DNA of 34,210 nucleotides from the NCBI GenBank assembly GCA_943704425.1, contig CALSCP010002369.1:1-34210 (forward strand), in the 5' to 3' direction. Source of the DNA: Ministeria vibrans ATCC 50519 (lineage: Eukaryota; Protista; Filasterea). This document shows positions 31,508 to 34,210 of this stretch, one piece after another. The position numbers and the translations under genes are program-made. The first letter of the stretch is position 1. Every line of letters begins with the position of its first letter. A model generated the notes under the pieces. It saw only the letters and a list, made by a program, of their open reading frames with translations. It ran no database searches and was not told where the DNA came from.

Positions 31508-34210
31508 TCATATCGCGAAGCCATCGTCATATTCATCAAGGGTACCAAACGCAACACCGGGCATTGTAGTGTCGCCCGTGTTTGCGTAAGTGAAGTCCTC
31601 GTCGTGTCCTCCGCCTCCAAAGAAATCATCGTCCTCGTCCTCCGTCACGCCGCTCAGCACCATGGCTGGCGGTGCCATCATGCTGCTTTGCGCCAGCGAG
31701 TTGATGATCGACTGTCGGCGTTGGGCAAGCGCTGCATCGGTGGATTGCGCTGCGTCACTCGCGTTCGGCATGAACTCACTCGATTCGGCCGTTGTCGCGT
31801 CCGACAGCAAAAGAATCGGGTTGATCCAGAAAGAATCACGCGAAAACTGCGATCCTACGCGAGCTGAACTCGCTACGGCCGACATGCCTTCCATGTCGTC
31901 GGTCGACGACTCGCCCGCTGCGTTGTAGTTCCAGTTGCCCGCGTTCGCGTAGATGTCTACTTCCTCATCCTCCTCATCGTCACCCGCAACCTCCAGACCG
32001 TGTTCCTGCAGCATGTACATTGTGAAGGGCTCGTTGCGCCCGCCCACATTGGCTGGTCCTGTGCGAACGCTCGAGCGCGACGTCACCTGGTTCACCTTGA
32101 TGACATCCTTGCGGTGGTACACCTGCTCCCTGCCACGACGACGCACCACCACAATCAGCAGCACAATGAGGATCACGGCAAGCACAGCCACAACAGCGCC
32201 AATGCCCATAGTCACCGCCGAGACGCTTGACGCGCTGGTCGACGCAGGTGCCACCTGACGGTATGCAGTCGTGTGGTTGGCTGAGCACGCTGCAGCGTCC
32301 TCGTCCCACGACATGCCATCCAAAGCCCACTCGCTCCGATCTTCGTCCCAGTACTCGCATGTGCCACCGTCAATCGCGTCACAGCTTTCGCCGAACGGAA
32401 TTGAAATCTTGATCGTGTCCACGTCGGCCAAGCCCGAAATGGGCTCGGGCTCGCTCGAGCCAGTCTCCTTGTTGAATACGGAGAAGTCCACCAGTTGCGA
32501 CACCGTACAGCTCGTCGACTCGGCCCATTTGCCCTCACCCGACAGAGGATTCACACCACTGTTCACTGTCAACGACGCAATAAAGACATGATCGCCCAGC
32601 TGGTCCTTGAGCGCCGCTGCATCAAAGGCAACCTGGGGACAAACCGTGAAGCCAGGACGGCACGTAGCAGTAATCAGCACAGAGCTCTGACTCGACGTGT
32701 CAAACGCAATGATGTACACCTCAATGCCGCGGTTCTCTGTGCCAAACATGATCGGATCACCTCCAACGGCAGCCGCAGGTCCCACTGCGGCAATCAAAGC
32801 ATTCAGTGTCAACGTCAGCTGTGTGCCACCAATGTTCATCTCTTGCAAGCCCTGCAGCGCCGATCCAGCAGCCGTGAGCGACAGCGCATCGTCTCCAACA
32901 ATACCGCCCGCCGCAACGACGGCAGAGCGTGCGTCGAGGTACTTCTGAACCATCGACAGAATCATGCCCGAGAGAGCCGTCACTCCGTCCTCGACCGAAC
33001 CGTCCGTCTTGGCAATGTCCACCTCCCGAAGACAGTACGAGAAGATGCTCATGTCACCAATGATCGTCATCACAGCCTCAACTTGCGCCTTGGTGCCCGC
33101 CAAGCAGTTGGCACTCGTCTGGAACTTGGTCAATGCGCCCTCAAATAGCGCATTAAGTGAGTCATCACAGGAAAGCTCACCAGTACTCTTCAGCGACTGG
33201 ATCATTCCACTCAAAAGCGTAATGTAACCAGTCGGGTCGCCGCACGGATCCACTGTCTCACTCGTGAGCTCGCCAGTCCAGAACTGCACGATGCCCTCTG
33301 GCGACGCACCCACAAGTCCAGTAGGCATCGAGAGTGTCACCTCTGTTGTAGCCTCAGCAAAAGCACTTGACTCGTCAATGACCCTCACCACAAGCACAAG
33401 AGTGGTCTCGTCGTTCGCCGGAATAGGCAGCATTGTCTTGAACGAGTTGGTGTCTTGTGGTCCCGAAATAGGCACAAACGATCCCAAGTCGTCGCGGTAG
33501 CCAAACTCGTACACCATCGGTCCAACTGATTCGTACCAGTTCGGAGCAGCGAGCGTAAACTCATCCACATTAGCAACACCCGACGTGGGTGTCACGGTGA
33601 GCGAGCCACCGCTGGGCGGCGAATTCGTCGTAATCGTCACTGAGCCGTAGCCCGTGTTGGGTGCAGTGCCAGCTGTCAGTTTGAACGTGTACGACGTGCC
33701 TCCTGCAAGCACACCCTCAGTGATGCACAAGGCCGGACCCGACAGCTGGTCAGCAAGTTTCTTGCCAGCAGTACACAGCACTCCGGCCGCCGACAGGTCA
33801 AGGACCGCGCCACTCGCGCCGTTCGGCTCGGACGACCACAGCAATGGCAGGTTAGTGACACTCGCGCCACCCACCATTACTTCACTGACAAGAGACAGAC
33901 GCTGATCGGTGTTCACGTGGACACGAGCATCATCAGTGCGCACAACCACGTACGGGACATTCGTGCCGCTCACAATAGTCACTTGCACCGTGTCAGAGAC
34001 AGTGCGAGCCTGCGCGGACGAGGACGAGCCAGCCGGTGCTGGCTTGGTCGCCGTCACTGTGATGGTGTAGCTGCCCACTGGCAAGTCGCCCGCGGCAAGC
34101 ACAGCGGTCTGCGCCGGTGCAGGCATCGTCTGTGAGCACGCCGAGCCTGTTTGCTGATCATCGCAGGTAATGGCCAGAGTGCACACCTGCGTCTGGTCGA
34201 GATCTGGGTC
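31508..34210 (-). CDS. Polycystin-1-like REJ-module receptor with GPS motif and single TM; 5' end outside the window
   Basis: Frame is open to the window edge. REJ signature LxGGTSYTFKLT...TNSPPSGGSLTVTPTSG...YEFGY...LVVRVID; GPS-like CEYWDEDRSEWALDGM...CSANHTTAY; TM IGAVVAVLAVILIVLLIVVV followed by RRR; acidic cytoplasmic tail. Confidence 0.88.
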   Translation of the reverse strand, partial: DPDLDQTQVCTLAITCDDQQTGSACSQTMPAPAQTAVLAAGDLPVGSYTITVTATKPAPAGSSSSAQARTVSDTVQVTIVSGTNVPYVVVRTDDARVHVNTDQRLSLVSEVMVGGASVTNLPLLWSSEPNGASGAVLDLSAAGVLCTAGKKLADQLSGPALCITEGVLAGGTSYTFKLTAGTAPNTGYGSVTITTNSPPSGGSLTVTPTSGVANVDEFTLAAPNWYESVGPMVYEFGYRDDLGSFVPISGPQDTNSFKTMLPIPANDETTLVLVVRVIDESSAFAEATTEVTLSMPTGLVGASPEGIVQFWTGELTSETVDPCGDPTGYITLLSGMIQSLKSTGELSCDDSLNALFEGALTKFQTSANCLAGTKAQVEAVMTIIGDMSIFSYCLREVDIAKTDGSVEDGVTALSGMILSMVQKYLDARSAVVAAGGIVGDDALSLTAAGSALQGLQEMNIGGTQLTLTLNALIAAVGPAAAVGGDPIMFGTENRGIEVYIIAFDTSSQSSVLITATCRPGFTVCPQVAFDAAALKDQLGDHVFIASLTVNSGVNPLSGEGKWAESTSCTVSQLVDFSVFNKETGSSEPEPISGLADVDTIKISIPFGESCDAIDGGTCEYWDEDRSEWALDGMSWDEDAAACSANHTTAYRQVAPASTSASSVSAVTMGIGAVVAVLAVILIVLLIVVVRRRGREQVYHRKDVIKVNQVTSRSSVRTGPANVGGRNEPFTMYMLQEHGLEVAGDDEEDEEVDIYANAGNWNYNAAGESSTDDMEGMSAVASSARVGSQFSRDSFWINPILLLSDATTAESSEFMPNASDAAQSTDAALAQRRQSIINSLAQSSMMAPPAMVLSGVTEDEDDDFFGGGGHDEDFTYANTGDTTMPGVAFGTLDEYDDGFAI

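Overview
Gene-dense eukaryotic DNA with GC-rich exons, short GT-AG introns, AT-rich spacers of often only 50-150 bp, and one assembly gap (16003-16914). CFAP298 implies a flagellum. An attractin with the MASRPF motif, EGR-type zinc fingers and acidic Tyr motifs suggest a unicellular relative of animals (inference). Splicing by hand gives 13 gene models: CFAP298, an F-box/ankyrin protein, a 19-repeat long-motif PPR protein with an RGG/polyQ tail, an orphan, a caspase-fold domain fused to about 10-11 TM helices, a triple-SAM protein, attractin-like, phosphoserine aminotransferase, a small 4-TM protein, an EGR-like zinc-finger gene with two in-frame stops, a second C2H2 protein, an APH-like kinase, and the 3' part of a REJ-GPS-1TM receptor. 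Three stand out: the membrane-embedded caspase-like protein with a Cys-rich insert (visible only after joining two ORFs), the apparently non-organellar PPR protein with a readable RNA code, and the EGR-like gene with lesions at its DNA-contact codons. All family calls come from remembered motifs, not database searches.
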